A stretch of DNA of 46,673 bases from an uncultured bacterium (GTDB lineage Bacteria > Ratteibacteria > UBA8468 > B48-G9 > JAFGKM01). Positions 1 through 9,929 of this stretch are shown here, one piece after another. The first letter of the stretch is position 1. Every line of letters starts with the position of its first letter. Position numbers and translations under genes: made by a program. Below the pieces are notes generated by a model, which was not told the DNA's origin, did no database searches, and saw only the letters and a program-made list of their open reading frames with translations. The stretch lies in contig CAYOFY010000002.1 in the NCBI GenBank assembly GCA_964403465.1, positions 1-46,673 on the forward strand. Direction: 5' to 3'.

Positions 1-704
1 CGGAACTGGTTTCCGCGGACAGCGGGCCTGAAATGCTGCGTGAGCAGGCGAGAAAAACGATTGAGGAGTATTATCATTACCGAAACAATCCACACGAGGT
101 GGGCGGTTTCTGCGGGGTTCTCTTTTCATGCGCCCTTTTCCGCATGGGAATGGCTGAACGCGGACTGAAAATGGCTGAGTATGTTTGCAATACGCTCAGC
201 CCCAGCAGACTGGTGACAAACAGGACTGCGCACTTCCTGCAGGTTGATACCCCTCCGGGCCTGAGCGTGATGATGAACGAGATGCTTCTGCAGAGTCATG
301 ATGGCGTGATAAGGGTATTCCCCGCGGTACCGCCTTCTGCCGAACCCGTGAGGTTCCATTCCCTGAGGGCGCAGGGCGGGTTTCTTGTATCCGCCGAGCG
401 CAGGGAAAACAAAACGATGTATGTCGTGGTCCAGAGTCTGTGCGGCAACGAACTCAGGATGCTCAATCCCTTTGTGAATGAATCAGACGCCGGGGTGGAG
501 GTCAAGATATACCTGCTTCCGCAGCAGAAGGAGATACTCAATTCCGTTGAAAAGCAGGGTGCCGCGGTGCCCTTTATGGACGATGTTTACCTGCCGGGAC
601 AGGTCATATCCTTCCCCACGGCAAAGGGGCAGACGTACCTGGTTAGCAAGGAGATACCATACGTGAGCAACGTTCCACCGGAGGAGGTCAGATACGGGAG
701 ATGA
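1..704 (+). CDS. Glycoside hydrolase, C-terminal part (GH95-like six-hairpin hydrolase family); the 5' end lies outside the window
   Basis: The reading frame is open from the window edge, with no stop before the first ATG at 33. The motif MLLQSHDGVIRVFPAVP...LRAQGGFLVS resembles the conserved C-terminal region of GH95-type hydrolases. The stop overlaps the next start (ATGA at 701-704). Confidence 0.5.
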   Translation, partial: ELVSADSGPEMLREQARKTIEEYYHYRNNPHEVGGFCGVLFSCALFRMGMAERGLKMAEYVCNTLSPSRLVTNRTAHFLQVDTPPGLSVMMNEMLLQSHDGVIRVFPAVPPSAEPVRFHSLRAQGGFLVSAERRENKTMYVVVQSLCGNELRMLNPFVNESDAGVEVKIYLLPQQKEILNSVEKQGAAVPFMDDVYLPGQVISFPTAKGQTYLVSKEIPYVSNVPPEEVRYGR

Positions 705-2956
705 AAAAACTGTCTGCAATACTGGGGGAGATTACGTCCTGCGAAAACATTTCTTTCAAACCATTCATTGAGCTGAAGTCCGGCACCTTGTCTCCTGCTT
801 CATCGCGCATTGAAATCAACGAGAAGGAAAAGACATGCCGCATGGACAATGGTTACGGAGCCGGAATTGAGGAAAAAATATATTTCACGTGGCGAAAGGG
901 TGGAAGTACATGGCAGAGGAGCATAAAGAACATTTCCCCCCGACAGCTCAAACTCGTGGAAACAGGTATCATTATCGGCAATATATCCTTCGGCGGGAAA
1001 TGTCTTCCGGAAAAGGACTATTTCTATCACACGGAAAATCCACGTATATACGATTTATTGACGATACCGGTTGACGTCAAGAGGACAGAAGGACTCGCAA
1101 AGGAAAGTTCCTATGACGAGATAGGAGGCAATAAATGGGCTGACCCTGGAGTGGTATCCGAGAGAATAGGTGCTTCTCCCTACCAGCCTTTTCCTGCTAT
1201 TCTGCTGTCAAACTACTCGTCAGGAAGGGGTATCGTCCACGGAAGTCTGAGCCAGAAGGTCTTCTACCACAATTATATGTTGAATCATGAGGATAAAAGT
1301 CTCACATGGAAAATCTTTTCTTCATTGAAGGCGGTTGAATACAGGAATTTAATTCCCGGGGAAGTGATAGACAGCGACAGGTGGTACCTGGGCGTTTCAG
1401 ATGCCGCGGATATCGCGAAAATATTTGAAGAATACATGGAAGAGTTAAGAAAAATTCTTCCAGTAAACAGGGGAAGAACTGACACAAACCGCGGCACGGT
1501 GGTCTGGGGTTCATGGAATGACGGACTCTGCAGGGATATAGACAGGGCAAGAATATTGAAGAACGCGGAATTCATCAGGAGGAACCTGCCGACAGTTGAA
1601 TGGATCCAGATTGACAATGGATACGCGGTTAGAAGATACGGGTATGGGGGCATGGCCGTCCCGTATGAGGGCGCCAGGGCGATTGACAGCAAGAAATTCC
1701 CGGGAGGACTCAGAAACTTTACGGATTCTATTAAGGCGAAAGGGCTGAAACCTGCCATATGGATAGGAGGGGGTGTTGACAATAATTCGCGACTGGCAAG
1801 GGATAAAAAGAAATGGTTTGTTGACTACTCCTACAGGATAACTGAAAGCAGCATACTGGATGTGAGCCTGCCTGAGGTGAGGGAGTACATGAAGAAGGCG
1901 ATAGACGTTCTCCTTACTGACTGCGGCTTTGAAGGGATGAAGCACGACTTCTGGAGTTATGTTTTTGAAGACAGCAAGCCGCTCCTGTCAGTGAAGGATA
2001 AGAGCGGGTATGAATGGAGAACCTGGTGGTTGAGGGAGATTTGCAGCAGGCTGCCGGCACAGGGGTACCTGCAGACAGGATGCGATATCGTGATGGGAAA
2101 TCCTTTTCTTGGAGAATATTTCAACAATTACCGTTACGGCATAGATGTCGGTTCCGGACAGTGGGACAGGGTTGTAACCAACTTCCTCTGGGGTGCAGCA
2201 TGCTTCGCAACCCACGGCGGAGACCTGATTGTCCCGAACAGCGATTCCATCGGATTGCTTCCGGGACTTACCGAGAAAGAGGCCTTCACATGGACCAATT
2301 ACTGCATAATATCAAGGTCGCTTGTTGAGATCGCAGGATGGCTCTACCAGCACCCCCGGGACCCGGGTCAATACAGGGTCAAAAAGGCGATATGCTGTCC
2401 GAACAACGGAGAGGATGTTTTCTTTTCGGAGTACGATTACCGTTCGACAAACCAGCCACCTGATATATGGTATTTCAAGGGAGCACATTTTTCACGGGTT
2501 CGCGGAAATCCTGTCATGCCTCTTCGAACAGTCGCTGTATTCAATCTCACTGATGGGGAGAAGCGCTTTTCTCTCAAAGATATATCTCTTGCCCTCCCGG
2601 AAGGAAAGTACGTGGCAACGGATATGTGGACATCAGAAAGTCTTCCGCTTGATAATTACATTGATTTTTCCCTTACCCCGCATGAAAGCATCCTTCTCTC
2701 AATAAATAAGAATGAGAAAAGAATTCAGCTGCTGGATTCCGACATCAGGATAGGGAATTTGACAGCAGAGAGAAAAGGAATTATTTTAGAACTGGATTCC
2801 AGGGGAGATTTCAAGATTCTTTTTTCATGCAGACCGTCGTGGGCCGGACTGAAAAACGGAAAGGGCCGCCTGAGAATTGTTGAAGGCGAGGGCAACTGGA
2901 TTATTGAGGGGGCAATTCCGTGCAGTGATATGCTGACCGTACGCTTTAAGGAATAA
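701..2956 (+). CDS. GH36-like alpha-galactosidase family glycoside hydrolase (751 aa)
   Basis: It is a long ORF. The central TIM-barrel-like region (VVWGSWNDGL...VEWIQIDNGY...GLKPAIWI...GMKHDFW) resembles the clan GH-D (GH36/GH27) catalytic core. The start is coupled to the upstream stop. Confidence 0.55.
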   Translation: MKKLSAILGEITSCENISFKPFIELKSGTLSPASSRIEINEKEKTCRMDNGYGAGIEEKIYFTWRKGGSTWQRSIKNISPRQLKLVETGIIIGNISFGGKCLPEKDYFYHTENPRIYDLLTIPVDVKRTEGLAKESSYDEIGGNKWADPGVVSERIGASPYQPFPAILLSNYSSGRGIVHGSLSQKVFYHNYMLNHEDKSLTWKIFSSLKAVEYRNLIPGEVIDSDRWYLGVSDAADIAKIFEEYMEELRKILPVNRGRTDTNRGTVVWGSWNDGLCRDIDRARILKNAEFIRRNLPTVEWIQIDNGYAVRRYGYGGMAVPYEGARAIDSKKFPGGLRNFTDSIKAKGLKPAIWIGGGVDNNSRLARDKKKWFVDYSYRITESSILDVSLPEVREYMKKAIDVLLTDCGFEGMKHDFWSYVFEDSKPLLSVKDKSGYEWRTWWLREICSRLPAQGYLQTGCDIVMGNPFLGEYFNNYRYGIDVGSGQWDRVVTNFLWGAACFATHGGDLIVPNSDSIGLLPGLTEKEAFTWTNYCIISRSLVEIAGWLYQHPRDPGQYRVKKAICCPNNGEDVFFSEYDYRSTNQPPDIWYFKGAHFSRVRGNPVMPLRTVAVFNLTDGEKRFSLKDISLALPEGKYVATDMWTSESLPLDNYIDFSLTPHESILLSINKNEKRIQLLDSDIRIGNLTAERKGIILELDSRGDFKILFSCRPSWAGLKNGKGRLRIVEGEGNWIIEGAIPCSDMLTVRFKE

Positions 2957-2966
2957 GGAAAAGGCG

Positions 2967-3977
2967 ATGAAGGAAATTTACAACAGACTTCTGGAAAAAA
3001 AGGCGCTGGGCGAAGAGGAAAGCTATGGGGTGTTCAAGGATATCATGGAAGAGAAGATAACGCCCGTCCAGGCGTCCGCTTTCCTGTCACTGCTCAGAAT
3101 GAAAGGCGAACAGCCCACGGAGATTGCAGGAGCGGCGAAACTTCTCAGGGATAAGGCCGTCAGGATCAGTGCTCGTAAAGACAGGCCCGTCTGTGATACA
3201 TGCGGAACGGGAGGGGATAACTCGGGAACTTTCAATATCTCCACATGCACAGCGCTGCTCGCCTTCGCATGCGGCCTCACAGTAGCCAAGCATGGGAACA
3301 GGTCAGTCACAAGCAGGTGTGGAAGCGCGGACGTGCTTGAATCAGCCGGATATAAGATAGACCTTGAACCTGCCAGAACAGAGGATATCCTGAACAGGCA
3401 AGGGTTCGCCTTTCTCTTTGCCCCGCTTTACCACAGGGCAATGAAGAACGTAGCAGCCGTGAGGAAGGAACTCGGATTCAGAACCATATTCAATATAATC
3501 GGACCTCTGTGCAACCCTGCCTTTTCCAATGTACAGATAATGGGCGTGAGCGACTACAACCTTCTCAGGATTATACCGCCCGTGTTTCACTCTATGGGAA
3601 TCAGGGGGTATGTTGTGCACTCGGAAGACGGAATTGATGAAATATCCCTAACGGGCAGAACATATATTGCAGAGGTCTCGGGAAACAGGATAAATGAATT
3701 TGAGATATACCCCCAGGATTTCGGCTTTAAAAAATGCTCAATTTCTGACATACGTGGCGGGGATGCACAGACCAACGTCAGGATAATGCTTGACATAATA
3801 AAGGGTACCGAAAAGGGAGCAAAAAGGAATGTCGTTCTGCTCAATACCGCCTTTCTGCTCAAGGCAGGAGGGATTGCCGGGGATGTAAAGGAGGGTATCT
3901 CCATCGGCGAAAAAATACTTGAACAACAGACATGCTACAGGAAATTCAACGAGTTGCTGGATGCAGTCAACAAATGA
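2967..3977 (+). CDS. trpD: Anthranilate phosphoribosyltransferase
   Basis: The motifs CGTGGDNSGTFNIST and AKHGNRSVTSRCGSADVLE and the 336-aa length are typical of TrpD. It sits in a trp gene context. Confidence 0.92.
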   Translation: MKEIYNRLLEKKALGEEESYGVFKDIMEEKITPVQASAFLSLLRMKGEQPTEIAGAAKLLRDKAVRISARKDRPVCDTCGTGGDNSGTFNISTCTALLAFACGLTVAKHGNRSVTSRCGSADVLESAGYKIDLEPARTEDILNRQGFAFLFAPLYHRAMKNVAAVRKELGFRTIFNIIGPLCNPAFSNVQIMGVSDYNLLRIIPPVFHSMGIRGYVVHSEDGIDEISLTGRTYIAEVSGNRINEFEIYPQDFGFKKCSISDIRGGDAQTNVRIMLDIIKGTEKGAKRNVVLLNTAFLLKAGGIAGDVKEGISIGEKILEQQTCYRKFNELLDAVNK

Positions 3978-4585
3978 AGAGCATACATATTGCCCTCCTG
4001 CTTTTTATCCTGACAGGTTCCTGCTTAAGAGGCGAAGAAATATCCCTGAGGGAACAGGCAGCCATTGACCTCTGCTCGTATCCGTCTCTTGGAGAGGGAG
4101 TGCTGGATATTCTTTATCTTGCGGTGGACGAATTCTGGCACAGTGGCGATTACAACAGAGTATTTCCCGCTCTCAGACTGATAACCACAATTTCCCCTGG
4201 AGAAGTCAGTGCATGGGCACTGGGGGGATGGTTCCTGATAAACGGCATCGCACCATCCCTTGAGTCCGACAATAAAGACAGGGTTATAAGATATGCGATT
4301 GAATTCATGGAAGAAGGCATAAGAAGAAATCCCGGGGATAATGGCCTGTATATGGATATGGCATTTTATTATTACCGCGCAGGGGATTATGAGAAGGCGC
4401 TTTCTTACCTTGAAAACGAAGGAAAGTTTGCGGATAACTTCAACACGCTTGACCTGAGAGCCCACATATACGAGAAACTCGGGATGAAGAAGGAAGCAAT
4501 CGGAGAATGGGAAAAGATAAGGGAGATTTTTCCCGATATGAAAGACCTCGCAGAAAGATTCATCAGGGAAATGGGGGAAGAGTAA
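3974..4585 (+). CDS. Secreted or membrane-anchored TPR-like repeat protein of unknown function
   Basis: The ATG at 3974 overlaps the trpD stop (ATGA). The N-terminus MKSIHIALLLFILTGSC looks like a signal peptide. A TPR-like segment (YYYRAGDYEKALSYLE) is present. The gene ends 1 nt before the trpC start. The upstream part of the tracked ORF (3932-3973) overlaps trpD and is not needed. Confidence 0.6.
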   Translation: MKSIHIALLLFILTGSCLRGEEISLREQAAIDLCSYPSLGEGVLDILYLAVDEFWHSGDYNRVFPALRLITTISPGEVSAWALGGWFLINGIAPSLESDNKDRVIRYAIEFMEEGIRRNPGDNGLYMDMAFYYYRAGDYEKALSYLENEGKFADNFNTLDLRAHIYEKLGMKKEAIGEWEKIREIFPDMKDLAERFIREMGEE

Positions 4586-4586
4586 A

Positions 4587-5366
4587 ATGTTGCTGGATAA
4601 GATACTTGATGAAAAGAAAAGAATAATATCCGGGCAGAAAAAAATCCTTCCCCACAAAAGAAATGCGGAAAAAAAGGCATTCAGGAAAACTCTCAGTTTA
4701 CGCAGGAACATCCTGAGCAGCGATTTTGGAATAATAGCGGAGATAAAGAGGGCATCTCCTTCCGCCGGAGTCATAAGAGAAAACCTTGACGTGGCGGCAA
4801 CTGCGAAGATTTACGCCAGCATGCATGTTTCCGGGATATCAGTGCTCACCTGTGAGCCCTTCTTTAACGGCAGAATGGAGGATATAGGTATAGCAAGGGA
4901 GGTGGTGAGCATACCCCTGCTCATGAAAGATTTCATAATTGATGATTACCAGATTTATGCGGGGAGAATTCACGGGGCGGATGCGGTGCTTCTCATACTC
5001 GCCACCCTGCCCGATGCGGATTTTCTGAACCTGATTGGCGCGGCTGAAAACCTCGGGATGGAAATGCTCCTTGAAGTGCATACCAGGGCGGATCTTGAAC
5101 GTGTACTGCACCTTGTAGGCAGGTGGGACAACAAGATACTCGGAATAAACAACAGGGATCTTGATACATTGCATACCGACCTGGGAACAACATTGAACTT
5201 GATTAAATTCGTGCCCCGGGATAAAATGCTTGTTATAAGCGAAAGCGGAATCAGGAACCGGGATGATATTGAAAGATTGAAGGATGCCGGAGTCAGGGGT
5301 GTGCTTGTAGGGGAAGTACTGCTGAAAAGCACGAACATGAAGGGAAAATTGAAGGAACTCATGTAA
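4587..5366 (+). CDS. trpC: Indole-3-glycerol phosphate synthase
   Basis: The IAEIKRASPSAGVIR motif and 259-aa length fit TrpC. It sits in a trp context. Confidence 0.9.
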   Translation: MLLDKILDEKKRIISGQKKILPHKRNAEKKAFRKTLSLRRNILSSDFGIIAEIKRASPSAGVIRENLDVAATAKIYASMHVSGISVLTCEPFFNGRMEDIGIAREVVSIPLLMKDFIIDDYQIYAGRIHGADAVLLILATLPDADFLNLIGAAENLGMEMLLEVHTRADLERVLHLVGRWDNKILGINNRDLDTLHTDLGTTLNLIKFVPRDKMLVISESGIRNRDDIERLKDAGVRGVLVGEVLLKSTNMKGKLKELM

Positions 5367-5399
5367 GACATCTCCCTGTCACTTTGCATGTCAGTGCGT

Positions 5400-5477
5400 G
5401 CCCCGGCAAATCGGGCTTAATCAATTTAACTGAATTGCCTTACTAAAAACGCCCCGCAATTGGGAAAAACGCAGGGC
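5400..5477 (+). promoter_or_regulatory. Two GC-clamped hairpins with A-rich loops in the trpC-trpB2 spacer (copy 1 of a recurring element)
   Basis: Hairpin A: GCCC (5400-5403) pairs with GGGC (5413-5416). Hairpin B: GCCCCGC (5451-5457) pairs with GCAGGGC (5471-5477) with one mismatch. Hairpin B is followed by the SD GGGAGG and the ATG at 5491. The element aligns with 41887-41952. Confidence 0.35.
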
Positions 5478-5490
5478 AAAGGGAGGATTC

Positions 5491-6843
5491 ATGGATAACA
5501 AGATATTGCTGTCGGAAAAGGAGATGCCTCAAAGATGGTACAATATTCTTCCGGATTTACCCAAGCCTATGCCGCCGGTCATACATCCCGGAACAAAACA
5601 ACCGATTAAACCTGATGATCTTGCGCCCATCTTTCCGATGGCCCTCATAAAGCAGGAGATGTCTCCGGAAAGATGGATAGAGATACCCGACCCTGTTGCG
5701 GATATTTACAGGCTGTACCGTCCAACGCCCCTCAGGCGCGCAAAAAATCTTGAGAAAGCCATAAAAACAAAAGCAAGAATCTATTTCAAGGACGAATCAG
5801 TTTCGCCGCCGGGTTCCCACAAACCCAATACAGCCATAGCACAGGCGTATTATAACAAGATGGAAGGCGTGAAGAGAATAGCCACGGAAACAGGAGCAGG
5901 TCAGTGGGGCAGTGCCCTCGCCTTCAGCTGCAAGATGTTTGACATTGAATGCGTGATATATATGGTAAAGGTTTCCTACAACCAGAAGCCGTACCGGAAA
6001 CTCCTCTGTCAGACATGGGGAGCGACAATGCATGCATCTCCTTCGGAGAATACGAACTACGGCAGAATGGTTCTGAAAGACGACCCGGTTTGTCCGGGAA
6101 GTCTCGGGATAGCAATATCAGAAGCGATAGAAGATGCGGCATCTCGAGAGGACACAAAATATTCCCTGGGGAGCGTTCTCAACCATGTATTGCTTCACCA
6201 GACGATAGTGGGGCTTGAAACCAAGAAACAGCTGGAGAGAGCGGGAGAGAAACCTGATATTCTTATAGGGTGCGTCGGCGGAGGAAGCAACTTTGGAGGA
6301 TTCATAATGCCTTTCGTGCCCGACAAGATAAAGGGCAGCAAGATAAGGTTCATTGCCGTTGAACCAAAGGCATGTCCAACGCTGACCAAGGGATTATACA
6401 GATACGATTTTGGGGATACCGCATGCACAACTCCGCTGTTGAAGATGTTCACGCTCGGGCATAAATTCATCCCGCCCGGGATACATGCGGGAGGATTGAG
6501 GTATCATGGTGCTGCTCCTCTCATATGCCATCTGTTGAATAATAAACTGATAGAGGCGGTATCTTATCACCAGAAGGAGTGCTTTGAGGCAGCCGTTCTC
6601 TTTGCGCAGACAGAGGGATTTCTCCCTGCTCCGGAAACGGCCCACGCCATAAAAGCGGTGCTGCAGGAAGCGAAGAATGCCCCTGAAGGGACGGTTATTG
6701 TCTATAACCATTCCGGGCATGGACATTTTGACCTCTCTGCCTACAAGGCATATTTTGAGGGAGAACTTGAAGACTACGAACACCCGGAAGCAAAGATAAG
6801 AGAAGCCCTTGCAGACATGCCGGATTTTGAGTGCGAAATGTAA
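5491..6843 (+). CDS. trpB2: Tryptophan synthase beta chain, TrpB2 subfamily (long form)
   Basis: The protein is 450 aa with the characteristic N-terminal extension ([18 protein letters not shown]). It has the PLP-lysine region GSHKPNTA and the GGGSNFGG loop. A strong SD (GGGAGG) lies upstream. Confidence 0.85.
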   Translation: MDNKILLSEKEMPQRWYNILPDLPKPMPPVIHPGTKQPIKPDDLAPIFPMALIKQEMSPERWIEIPDPVADIYRLYRPTPLRRAKNLEKAIKTKARIYFKDESVSPPGSHKPNTAIAQAYYNKMEGVKRIATETGAGQWGSALAFSCKMFDIECVIYMVKVSYNQKPYRKLLCQTWGATMHASPSENTNYGRMVLKDDPVCPGSLGIAISEAIEDAASREDTKYSLGSVLNHVLLHQTIVGLETKKQLERAGEKPDILIGCVGGGSNFGGFIMPFVPDKIKGSKIRFIAVEPKACPTLTKGLYRYDFGDTACTTPLLKMFTLGHKFIPPGIHAGGLRYHGAAPLICHLLNNKLIEAVSYHQKECFEAAVLFAQTEGFLPAPETAHAIKAVLQEAKNAPEGTVIVYNHSGHGHFDLSAYKAYFEGELEDYEHPEAKIREALADMPDFECEM

Positions 6844-6865
6844 ATTGACAGGTTGAAGAGACAAT

Positions 6866-7510
6866 ATGGCGAGAGTCAAGATATGCGGGTTTACTGTCAG
6901 GAAGGACATTGAGGACGCCCTGGCTCTTGGAATCAAAATCATAGGCATAAATTTTTTTGACGGCAGCCCGAGATATGTTCCGCCTGCAAAGGCAAAAATG
7001 CTCCTGTCCGGACTCCCCGGCGACATAGTCGTAATCGGAGTGTTTGTAAACCCTGACGAAAAAATTCTCCTTCATACTGCGTCTGTTCTGAACCTGTCCG
7101 GTGTACAGCTCCATGGAGATGAGAATGAAGATTTTCTTGACCGTATGCGCAAAAGATTGAAAGGAACTCTGATTTTCAAGGGAATAAGAGTCAGAGATCC
7201 CGTAACGCTTTCCCGCGCCATTGAAAGATATACACCGGATTTCTTCCTGCTTGACGCCTTCACTGAAAAGGCAAAGGGCGGAACCGGAGAAAGGATTGAC
7301 CGGAATTTGCTGAGGGATTCAGCTGTCCCGTGGAACAAGACATTCCTTGCCGGAGGCATAACGCCGGGGAATGTGAGGGGACTGCTGAGAGAATTCAATC
7401 CTTACGGCATCGACGTTGCCTCTGGTGTTGAGACATCCCCGGGTAAGAAGAACACGCAGAAAATACGTCTCCTCCTTGAAAACATGAAAAATGAAAATCC
7501 AACTTCCTGA
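6866..7510 (+). CDS. trpF: Phosphoribosylanthranilate isomerase
   Basis: The N-terminus VKICGFT and the C-terminal GIDVASGVE motif fit TrpF (214 aa). It sits in a trp context. Confidence 0.88.
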   Translation: MARVKICGFTVRKDIEDALALGIKIIGINFFDGSPRYVPPAKAKMLLSGLPGDIVVIGVFVNPDEKILLHTASVLNLSGVQLHGDENEDFLDRMRKRLKGTLIFKGIRVRDPVTLSRAIERYTPDFFLLDAFTEKAKGGTGERIDRNLLRDSAVPWNKTFLAGGITPGNVRGLLREFNPYGIDVASGVETSPGKKNTQKIRLLLENMKNENPTS

Positions 7511-8681
7511 TAAACGTGGAAAATACGGAGGTTTCGGGGGTATATTTGCTCCTGAAACGCTGATGCCTCCACTTGATGAACTTGAAAGGAATTACAGGAT
7601 TATTTCAAAAGAAGCGCAATTCAAGAAGGAACTCTCTCATCTTCTATCCGAATATGCAGGACGCCCCACGCCTCTTTATCTGGCGGAAAATCTGACCAGG
7701 CTGGCAGGATGCAGGGTTTACCTCAAGAGAGAGGACCTTGCTTTCACCGGCGCCCACAAGATAAACAACACCCTGGGGCAGGTTCTTCTCGCGCACACCA
7801 TGGGGAAAAGACGCATAATCGCCGAGACAGGGGCGGGGCAGCATGGTGTAGCCACTGCAACCGCGGCAGCCCTTTTCAGAATGAAGTGTTGCGTATACAT
7901 GGGTGAGGTTGACTGCGAAAGGCAAAAGCTGAACGTCTACCGCATGAAGCTTCTCGGTTCAGAGGTGGTCTCCGTTAAATCAGGAAGCAAAACGCTGAAG
8001 GATGCAATAAATGAAGCGATGAGAGACTGGATAGCTAATTTCAAAGACACCCACTACGTCATAGGCTCCGTTGTCGGACCTCATCCCTACCCCATGATGG
8101 TACGGGATTTCCAGTCCGTGATAGGGCGGGAATCAAAAGGTCAGATATTGCGCAAGGAGAGGAAACTGCCGGATTATCTCATTGCCTGCGTGGGCGGAGG
8201 AAGCAACAGCATTGGCCTTTTCCACCCTTTTTACAAATACCCGCGGGTGAGGTTCATAGGAGTGGAAGCCGCCGGCGAGGGTATAAACACGTCCAGACAT
8301 TCAGCAACCCTCAAAAAGGGGAGCAAGGGTATCCTGCACGGGAGTTTCTCGTATATTCTGCAGGACAGGTACGGACAGATCAATACCACGCATTCTGTCT
8401 CGGCCGGCCTTGATTATCCCGGCGTCGGACCGGAACATTCATTCTATAAAGAGACCGGAAGGGCAGAGTATGTTTGCGCTACGGACAAAGAGGCATTGAA
8501 AGCATTTCACCTGTTGAGCGAGATGGAAGGAATTATCCCGGCTCTTGAGTCAGCACATGCAATCGGCTGGATGATAAGGAATAAAAACAGGTTCAGGGAC
8601 AGCGATGTGATTGTCGTATGCCTTTCAGGCAGGGGAGACAAGGATGTGGCTGAAGTGGCATCCATTGAAAATGCCCTATGA
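7491..8681 (+). CDS. trpB: Tryptophan synthase beta chain (canonical TrpB1)
   Basis: It has [31 protein letters not shown] (PLP lysine) and GGGSNSIG motifs and is 396 aa. It overlaps the trpF end by 20 nt. Confidence 0.93.
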   Translation: MKIQLPDKRGKYGGFGGIFAPETLMPPLDELERNYRIISKEAQFKKELSHLLSEYAGRPTPLYLAENLTRLAGCRVYLKREDLAFTGAHKINNTLGQVLLAHTMGKRRIIAETGAGQHGVATATAAALFRMKCCVYMGEVDCERQKLNVYRMKLLGSEVVSVKSGSKTLKDAINEAMRDWIANFKDTHYVIGSVVGPHPYPMMVRDFQSVIGRESKGQILRKERKLPDYLIACVGGGSNSIGLFHPFYKYPRVRFIGVEAAGEGINTSRHSATLKKGSKGILHGSFSYILQDRYGQINTTHSVSAGLDYPGVGPEHSFYKETGRAEYVCATDKEALKAFHLLSEMEGIIPALESAHAIGWMIRNKNRFRDSDVIVVCLSGRGDKDVAEVASIENAL

Positions 8682-8684
8682 TTT

Positions 8685-9764
8685 CTATATGCCTGAATAT
8701 CTACCTTTTTCCATTGCAAGTGCCACCGCATACCTGTAATTGTCAAATGAAACGGTCGGCGGAATGGAATGATCGGAATGAAATATATACCTGCCACCGC
8801 CCATGGCTATCTTTAGCTTATCCGTAACCTCATGGTAGATATGCTTCCTGTCCGATGAAAGTATATCTGCGGAGATATTTCCGAACAGTGTAATGCTGTC
8901 ACCGAAAAGTTTTTTGTATTCCCTCACGTCGTTGCCGCATCTTGCTTCAAGTGGCTCTATGGCATGGACGCCGAGTTCTACGAGAAGCGGTATGAAATCC
9001 CTCACATAGCCATCACAGTGATATATCAGATAGAGATTGTTCCGCGAGCAGAAATCGCTAATTTTTTGAACGTGAGGATGAATCAGGCTCCTGTAAAGGG
9101 CAGGCGAGAAGAGCATTCCTTTCTTGTAACACAGGTCAGAGGAAAGGTACAGTGCGTCCGGAATCAGCCCCTTTTCAATCAGCAGTCTGCACATATCCAG
9201 ATTGAAAGAAGTCAGGGCTTCCATTATTTCATGGGAAAAGTCCCTGTCCTCCAGCAATAGCGAAAGGCCGTTTTCAAATCCGAACGTCCTGTCAATTATG
9301 AACCATGCAGGTTCCTCCACATTCAGGTAGATAAAATCGCCTCTTTCTCTTGCCGTTCTATATGAACCTTCAAGTTGAGGAGGAATCTTTTCTCTGCTGG
9401 CCTTCAATCTGGCTCTCACATTCCGCCAGTCAGACCTGCCTTTAAGCGCGGGCGAAATGTGCTGGGGAGTGCCGTAGTTGGGTGTATCTTCTTTCCATTC
9501 TTTTTTCTTGTTTCCAAATTTGTCAAAGTATATCAGATACTCTTCCGTCTCTTCTATCAATTTCCTGTCGGGGAAGAAACCGGATTCATAGGCGATGCTC
9601 ACTATCCTGTCTATTCCGAGGTAATCTACCGGGTCAGTATTTTCAGGCAATCCTTCGTTACGCCAGCGCCTGATCGTCTGGGGCCAGAATGCCTGTTCGC
9701 ATACAGGGATCCTGTCAGGTATGCCTCCGGACAGAACACACTTGATCCTCTCGGATGAATTCAT
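8685..9764 (-). CDS. Uroporphyrinogen decarboxylase (URO-D) family protein of unknown specificity
   Basis: The sequence from MNSSERIKCVLSGGIPDRIPVCEQAFW to the end resembles URO-D/MtaA-like TIM-barrel proteins. The start at 9764 has GGGGGGAG just upstream. The tracked ORF extends to 10199, but that extension overlaps trpA and has no family resemblance. Alternative starts are at 9806 and 9827. Confidence 0.6.
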   Translation of the reverse strand: MNSSERIKCVLSGGIPDRIPVCEQAFWPQTIRRWRNEGLPENTDPVDYLGIDRIVSIAYESGFFPDRKLIEETEEYLIYFDKFGNKKKEWKEDTPNYGTPQHISPALKGRSDWRNVRARLKASREKIPPQLEGSYRTARERGDFIYLNVEEPAWFIIDRTFGFENGLSLLLEDRDFSHEIMEALTSFNLDMCRLLIEKGLIPDALYLSSDLCYKKGMLFSPALYRSLIHPHVQKISDFCSRNNLYLIYHCDGYVRDFIPLLVELGVHAIEPLEARCGNDVREYKKLFGDSITLFGNISADILSSDRKHIYHEVTDKLKIAMGGGRYIFHSDHSIPPTVSFDNYRYAVALAMEKGRYSGI

Positions 9765-9783
9765 GGAACTCCCCCCGACGTAA

Positions 9784-9812
9784 AGAGTAGCATTTTCAAA
9801 ATTCATGTCAAA
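9784..9812 (-). promoter_or_regulatory. Candidate sigma70-type promoter for the URO-D-family gene
   Basis: On the minus strand, a perfect TTGACA (plus coordinates 9807-9812) is followed by a 17-nt spacer and TACTCT (9784-9789), about 20 nt upstream of the ATG at 9764. Confidence 0.3.
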
Positions 9813-9888
9813 CTGATTAACAGCCATCGTTCTGGCATCAGGCAGGTCTTTAACGTCTCTCACATTTTTTCCGGAATGATTTTCAATT

Positions 9889-9916
9889 TTGTAATCATAT
9901 CCGCATATTGTAAAAT
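9889..9916 (+). promoter_or_regulatory. Candidate sigma70-type promoter for trpA
   Basis: TTGTAA (9889-9894) is followed by a 16-nt spacer and TAAAAT (9911-9916). The trpA ATG at 9930 lies only 13 nt downstream and has no SD. Confidence 0.35.
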
Positions 9917-9929
9917 ATCTCTGATAAAA

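Noticed and set aside
2957-2966. A trp attenuator, leader peptide or T-box upstream of trpD.
   Set aside because: The gap is only 10 nt. No leader ORF with tandem Trp codons was found here or in the 5367-5490 spacer.
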